From a virus: DNA of 64,000 bases. Location: IMG/VR virus record IMGVR_UViG_3300030117_004164, positions 7,216 to 71,215 of that record; one strand, given 5' to 3'. A program made the position numbers and the translations under genes. Every line of letters begins with the position of its first letter. Within the stretch, counting starts at the first letter, position 1. The notes under the pieces are model-generated. The model saw only the letters and a list, made by a program, of their open reading frames with translations, was not told where the DNA came from and ran no database searches. Shown here piece by piece: positions 8,629 to 16,358 of the stretch.

Positions 8629-9340
8629 ACTTTGCTACCTCCAATATAACGAATTTAGGGGGTGTATAGTTGATACTCCCCAAAGTTACAGTATCGTATA
8701 TACACCCATATGGATGGAACATTCCCAATTGGGGGGTCTTTGCTCGCCATAGGCAGTTAATGCTTATTCAGCATTTTCCCAATTGCCATAGCGAGTAAAT
8801 CCCTATCTCCATATGGTTGTAATTAATTCATTTTAATTAATTGTATCTTTCGTGTGGAGGGTGGCTCTTTTGTGCGACTCGCAACTAACCCATATAAACG
8901 ACGTACTGTAAGCCACCAAAGAATATTCATCTGAAGAAATGAGGTCGTTCTTTTAGGTATATTCCAATTGACAATATACCATATACTATACCATATAGTA
9001 TAGAGTATAAATATAGAATATGTAATATTCATATTAGATAAACGCCCACGCATACCATTCTTTAAAATGGATTTAGAAGTAATGTTTAGGGATTTATGAT
9101 ACCTAATTGGCTATGATGAGCAGGTCACGCATGACTTTGCTTAAAATGAAGGCGAACTAGGTTCCGGTTTATTGGTAACATATCCATGAAAATTGCCACA
9201 ATGCAATATATATCATATGTATCACCGTGATACCTATTTCATAGGATTTATATGCTAAACACCTAATGTCAAGTCGCGCCGAGGCGTATGGGCAGTTTAG
9301 AATGATTATGGATGGATAAATTGCTTAAAATAAAACAAAG

Positions 9341-9844
9341 GTGAAAGAAATGGCTATGGAAGGATGGCAAGCACGAACTGAAGAAGTAGCGGAATTTATC
9401 GCAGTAGATGGATTTGACGCACAATTAAGACAAGTTGTTCAGTTCCAAATTAATTTTGGAAATGAAAACACAGACCAGCAAGAGCGAGTTTGGGACTCAA
9501 TTAAGTCCATGATTCGTGGATTAGACGGTAGCCCCGTTCGACGTGGAAAGAAGAGTAATCTTCCTGCAAGCGTAAATGTTGCTATTGCACAGATTACCGG
9601 AGAAGTTGCTTCATTGGCGGCTGATTGGTATGATGGCAATTCGCTATTACAGGCTGTATTGCTGAAACACGCAAAGTCTGGTGGCGGTGCATATGCAAAT
9701 GGTGAAGAGTATGGTGCTTCACTTTCAACAAAGGTTGGTTCACGACTAAAGAAGATGTATTCCGAGGGAACTTGGGATGGAACTACTGATGGTCTTTCAG
9801 CACCAGCACCAGTTGAAACCGCGTCTTATGACGAAGAAGAGTAA
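9341..9844 (+). CDS. Hypothetical protein, paralog of 7296..7865
   Basis: Motif sharing; GGTGA SD. Confidence 0.8.
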   Translation: MKEMAMEGWQARTEEVAEFIAVDGFDAQLRQVVQFQINFGNENTDQQERVWDSIKSMIRGLDGSPVRRGKKSNLPASVNVAIAQITGEVASLAADWYDGNSLLQAVLLKHAKSGGGAYANGEEYGASLSTKVGSRLKKMYSEGTWDGTTDGLSAPAPVETASYDEEE

Positions 9845-9891
9845 TTAAATTAACTCTTTAAAAAAAATCAAGATGACGTACATGGATGCAA

Positions 9892-9943
9892 TCGGGGAGA
9901 TGGGGTTTTATGCCTTATCTCTCCGGTTGTGTCCTATTTTTTT
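9892..9943 (+). terminator. Hairpin plus T-tract
   Basis: ATCGGGGAGATGGGG...CCTTATCTCTCCGGT then TATTTTTTT. Confidence 0.55.
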
Positions 9944-9954
9944 AATTTCAAATT

Positions 9955-10350
9955 CTTAAAATATCATAATTAAAATGATATATTATACATGATTAAAGTA
10001 ACGTTCGAGTGAACCCACTTCCTAGTAAAGAAACCGACGATGCGTACTTATGCAACAAAACGCGCAGTTTATTTATCAGTATCACATTTATATCAGTATT
10101 GATACTATATTTTATGGCCGAACAGGGTACTAGAAGTGTATTATTTTATTATATATATCATTATATCATTTATATCATATATATCTCTCTATTTTTCTCT
10201 GCTTCTCCCTATCCCCTTACACACGCGGCCCCATGTGATACTGATACTTATGATACTTATGAGCATGATATAAATGATACTTATGGCAAAGCGGGGTCTG
10301 GTTCGTGCATAAAATTCAACATATCATCACTGATACAAACGCTGATATTT
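9955..10350. repeat. TGATA/TATCA iteron-like cluster, origin candidate
   Basis: Many TATCA copies on the left, TGATA on the right; 14-bp inverted repeat 10074-10087 / 10233-10246. Confidence 0.55.
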
Positions 10351-10384
10351 TTCCCACTACTATTTTTTAACTAAAAGGAGATGA

Positions 10385-10888
10385 TTGAAAATGACAAGAA
10401 AACATTGGATAACAAAGAAAGAGATAAAGGAACTGTATGGTTTGAGCGATAATAAAATTGCTCTAATGAAGAAATTGAATTTGGTTAGTACCAAACTAGG
10501 TGTTAATGAAGGTAAAGGGCGTAAGCCGCTATTGTATAAGAAATCAATGGTTAATCTTATAAAAGATATGACACCAATCCAGTTAAATGAATTGGGTGAT
10601 ATTGTTGAAGATACAAAAGAGCAAGTTGAAGATTTTATCAAGAGTGATATTGAAGCAGTTGTTGAAGAAGATTGTAAACATAAATATTCATATGAACAAT
10701 CAGTAAATCATCCATCACATTATAACAAGACTCAACTTGAAGTAATTGATGCGATTGACATTTGGGGTTTGGACTTTAGTGAAGGTAATGTAATTAAATA
10801 CCTTCTACGGGCCAAACACAAGAACAATGCTAGAGAGGATTTAGAAAAGGCTCTTTGGTATGTTCAAAGACTTCTAGATAATCTATGA
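10385..10888 (+). CDS. DUF3310 (SaV-like) domain protein with N-terminal extension
   Basis: VNHPSHY...EVIDAI...GNVIKYLLRAKHK...EDLEKALWY. Confidence 0.8.
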   Translation: MKMTRKHWITKKEIKELYGLSDNKIALMKKLNLVSTKLGVNEGKGRKPLLYKKSMVNLIKDMTPIQLNELGDIVEDTKEQVEDFIKSDIEAVVEEDCKHKYSYEQSVNHPSHYNKTQLEVIDAIDIWGLDFSEGNVIKYLLRAKHKNNAREDLEKALWYVQRLLDNL

Positions 10889-11078
10889 TTATCTTTAAAA
10901 TGTTCCACGACAATTTATTGGCATAGGCGAATGCTTGAAGGTATGAATTCCTTGTGATAGTGTAAGTAGTCTTTAGTCAGTATAGGTTAAAAAGCAGTTG
11001 GAGGGCTGTATAATTATGGAAGCCGCCTCAATGGTAGAAATACCAGCACGGTGGAAATACGCGGAATGTTTTATTCAT

Positions 11079-11260
11079 GGGTCATTGGCGCAGTTAGGTA
11101 GCGCAACGGGCTTTTATGAGGTTTGCCGAATAATAAGAAGAAAATCTCTTCACAATCGGAATAGTAGTTTTATGGGTTATCTTCTATCCCTTTCATGTTT
11201 CTACGAACTTCTTTCCTCAAAGATACCCGTTGGTCAAGGGTTCGAATCCCTTATGACCCG
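11079..11260 (+). tRNA. tRNA-Lys(UUU) with 108-nt intron at 37/38 (11117-11224)
   Basis: GGGTCAT/ATGACCC acceptor, GCGC D-stem, ACGGG/CCCGT anticodon stem, TTCGAAT T-loop, canonical bulge-helix-bulge. Confidence 0.92.
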
Positions 11261-11583
11261 CATATTCAAAAATCAGCCATATTCCTGAGTAAGAATTAAA
11301 ACTGCTCATTTCCCACTCATATACTATAATCATCGGTTGCAGATTGTGATACTGCATTAAATATCGTCAAGGGTTTCTCTCCTATGACCTAAAAGATAGC
11401 CGACTTATATTCCAAAAGCCAATTATAGACGCTAAACTATAATAGGTTGTCACCACGCCCAAAGACAGAATGTAAAGGGTATTCAATTGCCGGTCGTTTT
11501 AGATGCAGGACATATAAATAATAAAAGCCATCTTGAGAGTAATTATGATAGAATCATAAGATGATGTTAAAAATTCTCACAAA

Positions 11584-11670
11584 AGCGGGATATCCGAGTA
11601 TGGCCAAAGGAGCAGGACTTAAGATTCTGTGCAAATTGCTTCGTGGGTTCAAATCCCACTCCCGCTACCA
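11584..11670 (+). tRNA. tRNA-Leu(UAA), CCA encoded
   Basis: AGCGGGA/TCCCGCT acceptor, anticodon loop CT-TAA-GA, variable arm, TTCAAAT T-loop, ACCA end. Confidence 0.9.
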
Positions 11671-11848
11671 ATTCATTAAATGGAGGAAATAAGATGTTAG
11701 AAGAACTAGAAAAAGTAGAAAATAAATGGATGACAATGAGAGAATATTTGCCACCAAGCCAACACAGACATTGGAAAGAAAGTTATCTTAACAAAACTGT
11801 GTTACAGGTGCGAATAGAAATAAAGAAACATTTGAGGAGGAATAAGAA

Positions 11849-12421
11849 ATGAATATATTTATATTACATAAAGATGCAACAGAAGCGGCTAATTATATGT
11901 TGGATAAACATATTGTAAAGATGCCAACAGAAACAATGCAAATGATGTGTACTAATCTTGACCATTTAGGTTATCAAGGTTGGTTGCCAATGAAGCCTGT
12001 AATGCTTAATCACCCATCAACTATTTGGATGAGGCAAAGTTACGGTAATTGGTTATGGTGTATTGAACATTTAGAATCAATGCTTAACAATTACACTCAC
12101 ACATATGATAGAATTCATATGGTTGAAAAACATTGGGATAAAATGTCTGATGATGTTTATGCCTTCTTACTTGAAGAATACCATGCAGATGAAAATGAAG
12201 ATTATGAACCAACACCATTTGCTATGGCTATGCCTGATAAGTACAAAAACGATGATGTAATCAAAGCATATCGTGATTATTATTTAGGCGATAAATGGGA
12301 ATTTGCTACTTGGAAAGCAAGGAGAATTCCTGATTGGTGGCCGCATGACCACATTCAGAACAAGAAGCAAGAGATGGTTGATAAGTTTAATAAACAGTTT
12401 GGTGCGAGTGTGAAACTATGA
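11849..12421 (+). CDS. Pyrimidine-dimer DNA glycosylase / endonuclease V-like family protein
   Basis: MNIFILH...DKHIVKMPTETMQM...NHPSTIW...AMPDKYK...AYRDYY. Confidence 0.75.
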   Translation: MNIFILHKDATEAANYMLDKHIVKMPTETMQMMCTNLDHLGYQGWLPMKPVMLNHPSTIWMRQSYGNWLWCIEHLESMLNNYTHTYDRIHMVEKHWDKMSDDVYAFLLEEYHADENEDYEPTPFAMAMPDKYKNDDVIKAYRDYYLGDKWEFATWKARRIPDWWPHDHIQNKKQEMVDKFNKQFGASVKL

Positions 12422-12670
12422 GTCGCGCTCAAAGAAAGTTTGATAGAGCATTGTGGCATTTGTGGAAAACAAATCCATATGATTTTAGATTAGTATTAAT
12501 AATTAATTGGGGGCTAGAGGAATGAATAAGAAAGATGAGATGATTGAAGAATTTAAAGACCTTTTATCTTGGTACGGTGGAGTTCAAGATTTTGAGTTTA
12601 ACATGGGAACATTTTGGTGGACAAACGAATATGGAAAAACATTTACTATGATTGTACAAGGTGTAGAATA

Positions 12671-12913
12671 ATGGGTGAATTAAGTGACCATCAAGATAGT
12701 GACCTGTTTACTTATGATAGGTCATGGGGTGAAATTGAGCAAATGCTAGATAAGGCTGAAAAGAAACTCAATTATCACAAAACAGAATCTTATGCTTCTC
12801 TTAAACGTGAAGATAAGATATACCACATTAGAAATTATAAGGCACTACAAGGTGTCGTAAAAACTCTCCGTTGGGTTCTAGGAGATATAAAAATAAATAA
12901 CCCACTAGAATAG
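12671..12913 (+). CDS. Hypothetical protein (probable start MGELSDH)
   Basis: ORF track. Confidence 0.6.
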   Translation: MGELSDHQDSDLFTYDRSWGEIEQMLDKAEKKLNYHKTESYASLKREDKIYHIRNYKALQGVVKTLRWVLGDIKINNPLE

Positions 12914-13088
12914 GTGAAACTATGAGTAGAAAAGATTATGAAAAAATTGCGTTCGTTTTGGGCGTAGAAAAGGCAAGCAAGAGAATGGTCAAGCATTTTT
13001 GTAAGATGCTTCAAGCAGATAATAATAACTTCAAAGAAGAAGTTTTCATTAAGGCTGTTAACAATCACCGAAATGGGGTTGTTTATAG

Positions 13089-13430
13089 ATGAATGTTAGA
13101 CCACTAACTTTCAATTGTTATCGAGTATATGATATGAAGAGACATTTTGAAGGAGAAGATAAAACATATGTTGTAGGTCATCATCTACAAAAGAAAGGTG
13201 ATACTCACACTCTTTGTGGATATAAAACTGACACATGGAAAAAGAACGGTCGTTGGGATTTTACCAGCGAAGAATATTTTACTGATGACCCTGTGGAAAG
13301 AGATAGGCTATGTTTTAGATGCTTAAGAGTTTGGGCATTAAAGAATAACTTAGAATATCCTAGACAATGGGTTATTGATAGAAGAAAGAAAGAAGAAAAG
13401 ACAGTAGGAAGGAGAGAAGATTATGTTTGA
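13089..13430 (+). CDS. Hypothetical protein with H...LCG...CxRC Zn-binding pattern
   Basis: ORF track. Confidence 0.6.
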   Translation: MNVRPLTFNCYRVYDMKRHFEGEDKTYVVGHHLQKKGDTHTLCGYKTDTWKKNGRWDFTSEEYFTDDPVERDRLCFRCLRVWALKNNLEYPRQWVIDRRKKEEKTVGRREDYV

Positions 13431-13692
13431 TGAAGCAAGACCAGTAGAATTTAGAATTATTAATGATGCAGAAATGCCACCAATTGTTATGACAATGAAT
13501 GAGAATGATGAAGTTAAAGTTGTTCTTAATCAGTATCACCAATTGTGGCTATCCTTGAATAGAAAGATTATTGCAGGGTGCGCTGAAGCATTATGGGAAA
13601 AGATGGATATGTTGTTGACAGGTTATTTAGAACAACAATATATGTATGAATTGCAAGATAGGACGGATTTTAATGAAATGCAAGACCTGTGA
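13423..13692 (+). CDS. Hypothetical protein
   Basis: ORF track, overlapping coupling. Confidence 0.65.
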   Translation: MFDEARPVEFRIINDAEMPPIVMTMNENDEVKVVLNQYHQLWLSLNRKIIAGCAEALWEKMDMLLTGYLEQQYMYELQDRTDFNEMQDL

Positions 13693-14083
13693 AGGAACAG
13701 GAGTTATTGAAATAAATGAACAAGGACTACAATATTCTAATAGATGTTATCTATGTGATGGGGTTGGTGAAGTTGTTAAATGTCAACCTTGTAATGGTTT
13801 AGGTGAATATATTTCAAATGGCAGATTCACTCCATGCCTAAATTGCAGAGGAAATGGTTTTAACCCAAAGATTGTTCATTATTGTAAATTATGTGAACAA
13901 CCTAACGGGAATGGTAACGGAATACTTTATACACTCACGCCGGATAACTACCGTGAGGATATATTGGTTTGCAGGGAACCGTGCGATTGTACGATAGAAT
14001 CCCTAATGAAAGACAAAAATGGAAATAACACAGAATATTATAACGAAATACACAGTATAAGGAGGAAGTATAATGGAGTTTGA
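13673..14083 (+). CDS. DnaJ-type Zn-finger (CxxCxGxG repeat) protein
   Basis: CKTCEGTG, CYLCDGVG, CQPCNGLG, CLNCRGNG; no J-domain. Confidence 0.75.
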   Translation: MKCKTCEGTGVIEINEQGLQYSNRCYLCDGVGEVVKCQPCNGLGEYISNGRFTPCLNCRGNGFNPKIVHYCKLCEQPNGNGNGILYTLTPDNYREDILVCREPCDCTIESLMKDKNGNNTEYYNEIHSIRRKYNGV

Positions 14084-15368
14084 AGAAGTAATGCCCCGAC
14101 GTTCATTAGGAAGTGGACATTGGGATAAGAGATTAAAGAGAAGAATGGTTGAACTATCGGTAGCAGATAACTATGATGATGCAAAACATGAATGGATTGT
14201 AACGGGCGAAACTTGGTATATCCCATTTGGTGAAGACGCAAATATTGTTTTACCTGATGTTCATTGTGAAGGTGATTTATTGAGAAATCATCCACATGAA
14301 TGTTTGTGCGGTCATCCAATTGTTTGGCATTTTGAGATTGAGAATACTGAAACAGGACAAAAGAATATTGTTGGTTCAGAACATATTGAATCTTACATGG
14401 TTATTCGTCACTTGGTTGAAGATAAGGGATATGACCCTGAAACTATTACTGAAGAGATGATTGACAAATGGGTTGGTGAAAGAATTAAAGCACTCAAAGC
14501 AGATTGGTGGTGGAAGTTACACGGTGAACAATTTGAAGAATGGTTTGCCGCAATTGCTGATTTAGATTTGAGAGTAAATGTTCGTCGTAAAGGTAATCAA
14601 TGGGATAATGAGACTAGAAGATATGAACCTCGGTATGTTATTCGTAAGAGAGCAGAAGGAACATTTGGAATGCCAGGATATAAAATGGCTTCTATTACTT
14701 GGCGTTGGAATAATCCAAATAATAGTCGAAGGCAAATTGATACTCGCGGTTATCCTAATGATAGATTGTGGAATGACTTACAAATATTTTATATTACAAT
14801 GGAAACTCATAAGCGAAGAGTTAATGCTGAAGATGCTAGAAGAACTAATAGATTAGAAGAATTAGAAGCAGATAGGCGTCGTCAAGAAGTATTAGCAGAA
14901 CAGCGTAGAATTGCTAGAGAACATGAAATGCTTCTTCGTAATCAACGTAGAGAAGAGAGTAATATTGCTGAAGCAGAAAGCGCAGGTGTTTCTGAACAAA
15001 AGCGATTAAATCAAGCAATTGCCGCTAGGATGGAAAATGATGAACAGAATGAAACATTCATTGAAGCGTGTGAGTATTATGATATTCCTCCATTCAAAGT
15101 TACTATGGCATCATCTACTTGGGAAAAAAGTTTCTTGACAGATATGAGAAGAATTATGGGTTCAGGTGTAGATTTAACTCCTAGACAATTAGAGCGTTTG
15201 CGAAATATTGTTGTTGATGAACCTTTACCTGCAACTGATAAACAGATTTGGTATCTCAAAAAATTAGATGCAGGTATTACTATTCCTGATGATATGAATA
15301 GAGTTGAGGCAAGTAAATTAATTGAGTTACTAAAAGAAAGAAATGAAAAGAATGAAGGAGGTGAATAA
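14073..15368 (+). CDS. Hypothetical protein: CxCGH motif, coiled coil, C-terminal DUF3072-like motif
   Basis: CLCGHPI...VGSEH; PATDKQIWYLKKL...EASKLIELLK. Confidence 0.7.
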   Translation: MEFEEVMPRRSLGSGHWDKRLKRRMVELSVADNYDDAKHEWIVTGETWYIPFGEDANIVLPDVHCEGDLLRNHPHECLCGHPIVWHFEIENTETGQKNIVGSEHIESYMVIRHLVEDKGYDPETITEEMIDKWVGERIKALKADWWWKLHGEQFEEWFAAIADLDLRVNVRRKGNQWDNETRRYEPRYVIRKRAEGTFGMPGYKMASITWRWNNPNNSRRQIDTRGYPNDRLWNDLQIFYITMETHKRRVNAEDARRTNRLEELEADRRRQEVLAEQRRIAREHEMLLRNQRREESNIAEAESAGVSEQKRLNQAIAARMENDEQNETFIEACEYYDIPPFKVTMASSTWEKSFLTDMRRIMGSGVDLTPRQLERLRNIVVDEPLPATDKQIWYLKKLDAGITIPDDMNRVEASKLIELLKERNEKNEGGE

Positions 15369-15426
15369 ATGTTTGGAATATGGACTTTAATCAAAGCAAT
15401 CTTGAGTGTTATGGATGATACAGTAG

Positions 15427-15627
15427 GTGAATAATTTGGTAACAAAACAAGAACTAGAACAACAGATTATTGATAAAGATAATCTAATTCAAACTCAGCA
15501 AATGCAAATGCAGAGTTTATCACGACAGTTAGTTGAAGCGAATAATTTGATTATTCACTACGAAAAAACACTAGCAATCGTAATTGCTCGAAAGTTAGAG
15601 CAAGGGGAGGCTTTAAGTAGCAACTAA
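15427..15627 (+). CDS. Small coiled-coil protein
   Basis: ORF track. Confidence 0.5.
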   Translation: MNNLVTKQELEQQIIDKDNLIQTQQMQMQSLSRQLVEANNLIIHYEKTLAIVIARKLEQGEALSSN

Positions 15628-15686
15628 GAGCAGAGTACCATGCGGCCCCGCGTTAAAGGTACTGCTTAAAACAAACAAAAAGGTGA

Positions 15687-15893
15687 ATGAAAATGAAATT
15701 GAGAATTTTGAACGAAACAGGACATACTGAACTAGAAGTTAGCACAAGCGAGGTAATCGACCAAATCAACGACCACCCTACACATTGGGTATTTGTTGAC
15801 GGAGAGATGGTGAGCCGAGAACAGATTAATGCTGTAAATTGGGACACTGTTGAAACAGTCGATTTAACACCCGCTATTGTTGGTGGACAGTAA
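15687..15893 (+). CDS. Ubiquitin-like (ThiS/MoaD/SAMP beta-grasp) protein, C-terminus GG-Q
   Basis: 68 aa; MKLRI...VFVDGE...ETVDLTPAIVGGQ matches the ThiS/MoaD pattern (VNGE...D.V.I.P.V.GG). Confidence 0.8.
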   Translation: MKMKLRILNETGHTELEVSTSEVIDQINDHPTHWVFVDGEMVSREQINAVNWDTVETVDLTPAIVGGQ

Positions 15894-15906
15894 ACAGAAT
15901 AAAGAT

Positions 15907-15948
15907 GGGGGTTCCTCCTTTATTGGGGGAACCTCCTACTTTTTTTTT
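15907..15948 (+). terminator. Hairpin plus T-tract directly after the Ubl gene
   Basis: GGGGGTTCCTCC...GGGGGAACCTCC then T10. Confidence 0.75.
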
Positions 15949-15958
15949 GGAGGAAAAT

Positions 15959-16357
15959 ATGTCAGACAATTTTTTAAATAATAACGCATTAGGAATGATA
16001 TTATCGTCATTGGGTTGGGAATACTCAGGTGACTTAATTGATTATGTTAAAGAAGTTGACACGTATAAAGGTGAAATACCAACAAGAGCGGATTTTTACC
16101 CTGAAGGTGTGAGGTTAGCATCATCAAAAAAAGCGATAATAATTTGTGATGGGAAAACTACTATTCAATATAAGGACACTATTTATTATACCCCTTGGAT
16201 GATTTTTAAATGTCATGGTCAAGAGGCTTTAGATGATATTGATAATTGGGTCTTTAGAGAAGAAAAACAATGGTTAATAAAGAAGATAAACGGGGAATGG
16301 GTAAGACCATTCACTTTATTGACCGAATGCCCGTTTAGAACAACAGTGAGGTGTTAA
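15959..16357 (+). CDS. Hypothetical protein (probable start MSDNF)
   Basis: GGAGG SD before 15959. Confidence 0.65.
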   Translation: MSDNFLNNNALGMILSSLGWEYSGDLIDYVKEVDTYKGEIPTRADFYPEGVRLASSKKAIIICDGKTTIQYKDTIYYTPWMIFKCHGQEALDDIDNWVFREEKQWLIKKINGEWVRPFTLLTECPFRTTVRC

Positions 16358-16358
16358 T

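Larger units (their letters stand above)
4033..8815. repeat. Dispersed array of 14 palindromic (C)CATATG(G) sites, often with a flanking CAAAG/CTTTG arm
   Basis: CATATG cores at 4033, 4146, 4277, 4383, 4641, 5706, 6221, 6747, 6896, 7193, 7957, 8110, 8707, 8810. Confidence 0.9.

Noticed and set aside
8131-8649. 172-aa plus-strand ORF and other antisense ORFs (e.g. 7397..7693, 38519..39061, 50077..50394)
   Set aside because: Antisense to better-supported genes with SD sequences and normal composition
4033-8815. CRISPR or mini-CRISPR array
   Set aside because: The conserved core is only 6-10 bp and spacing ranges from 103 to 1065 bp, with genes between sites; there are no 25-40-bp direct repeats with uniform spacers
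9214-9219. Fifteenth CATATG site
   Set aside because: Flanks (T..T) do not match the C/G-flanked consensus and it sits in an AT-rich tract; probably chance
10009-10374. 121-aa ORF
   Set aside because: Low-complexity Y/I-rich translation of the TATCA/TGATA repeats
10998-11288. 96-aa ORF
   Set aside because: Overlaps the intron-containing tRNA-Lys; a shadow ORF
13673-14083. DnaJ chaperone
   Set aside because: Only CxxCxGxG repeats are present; no J-domain HPD motif
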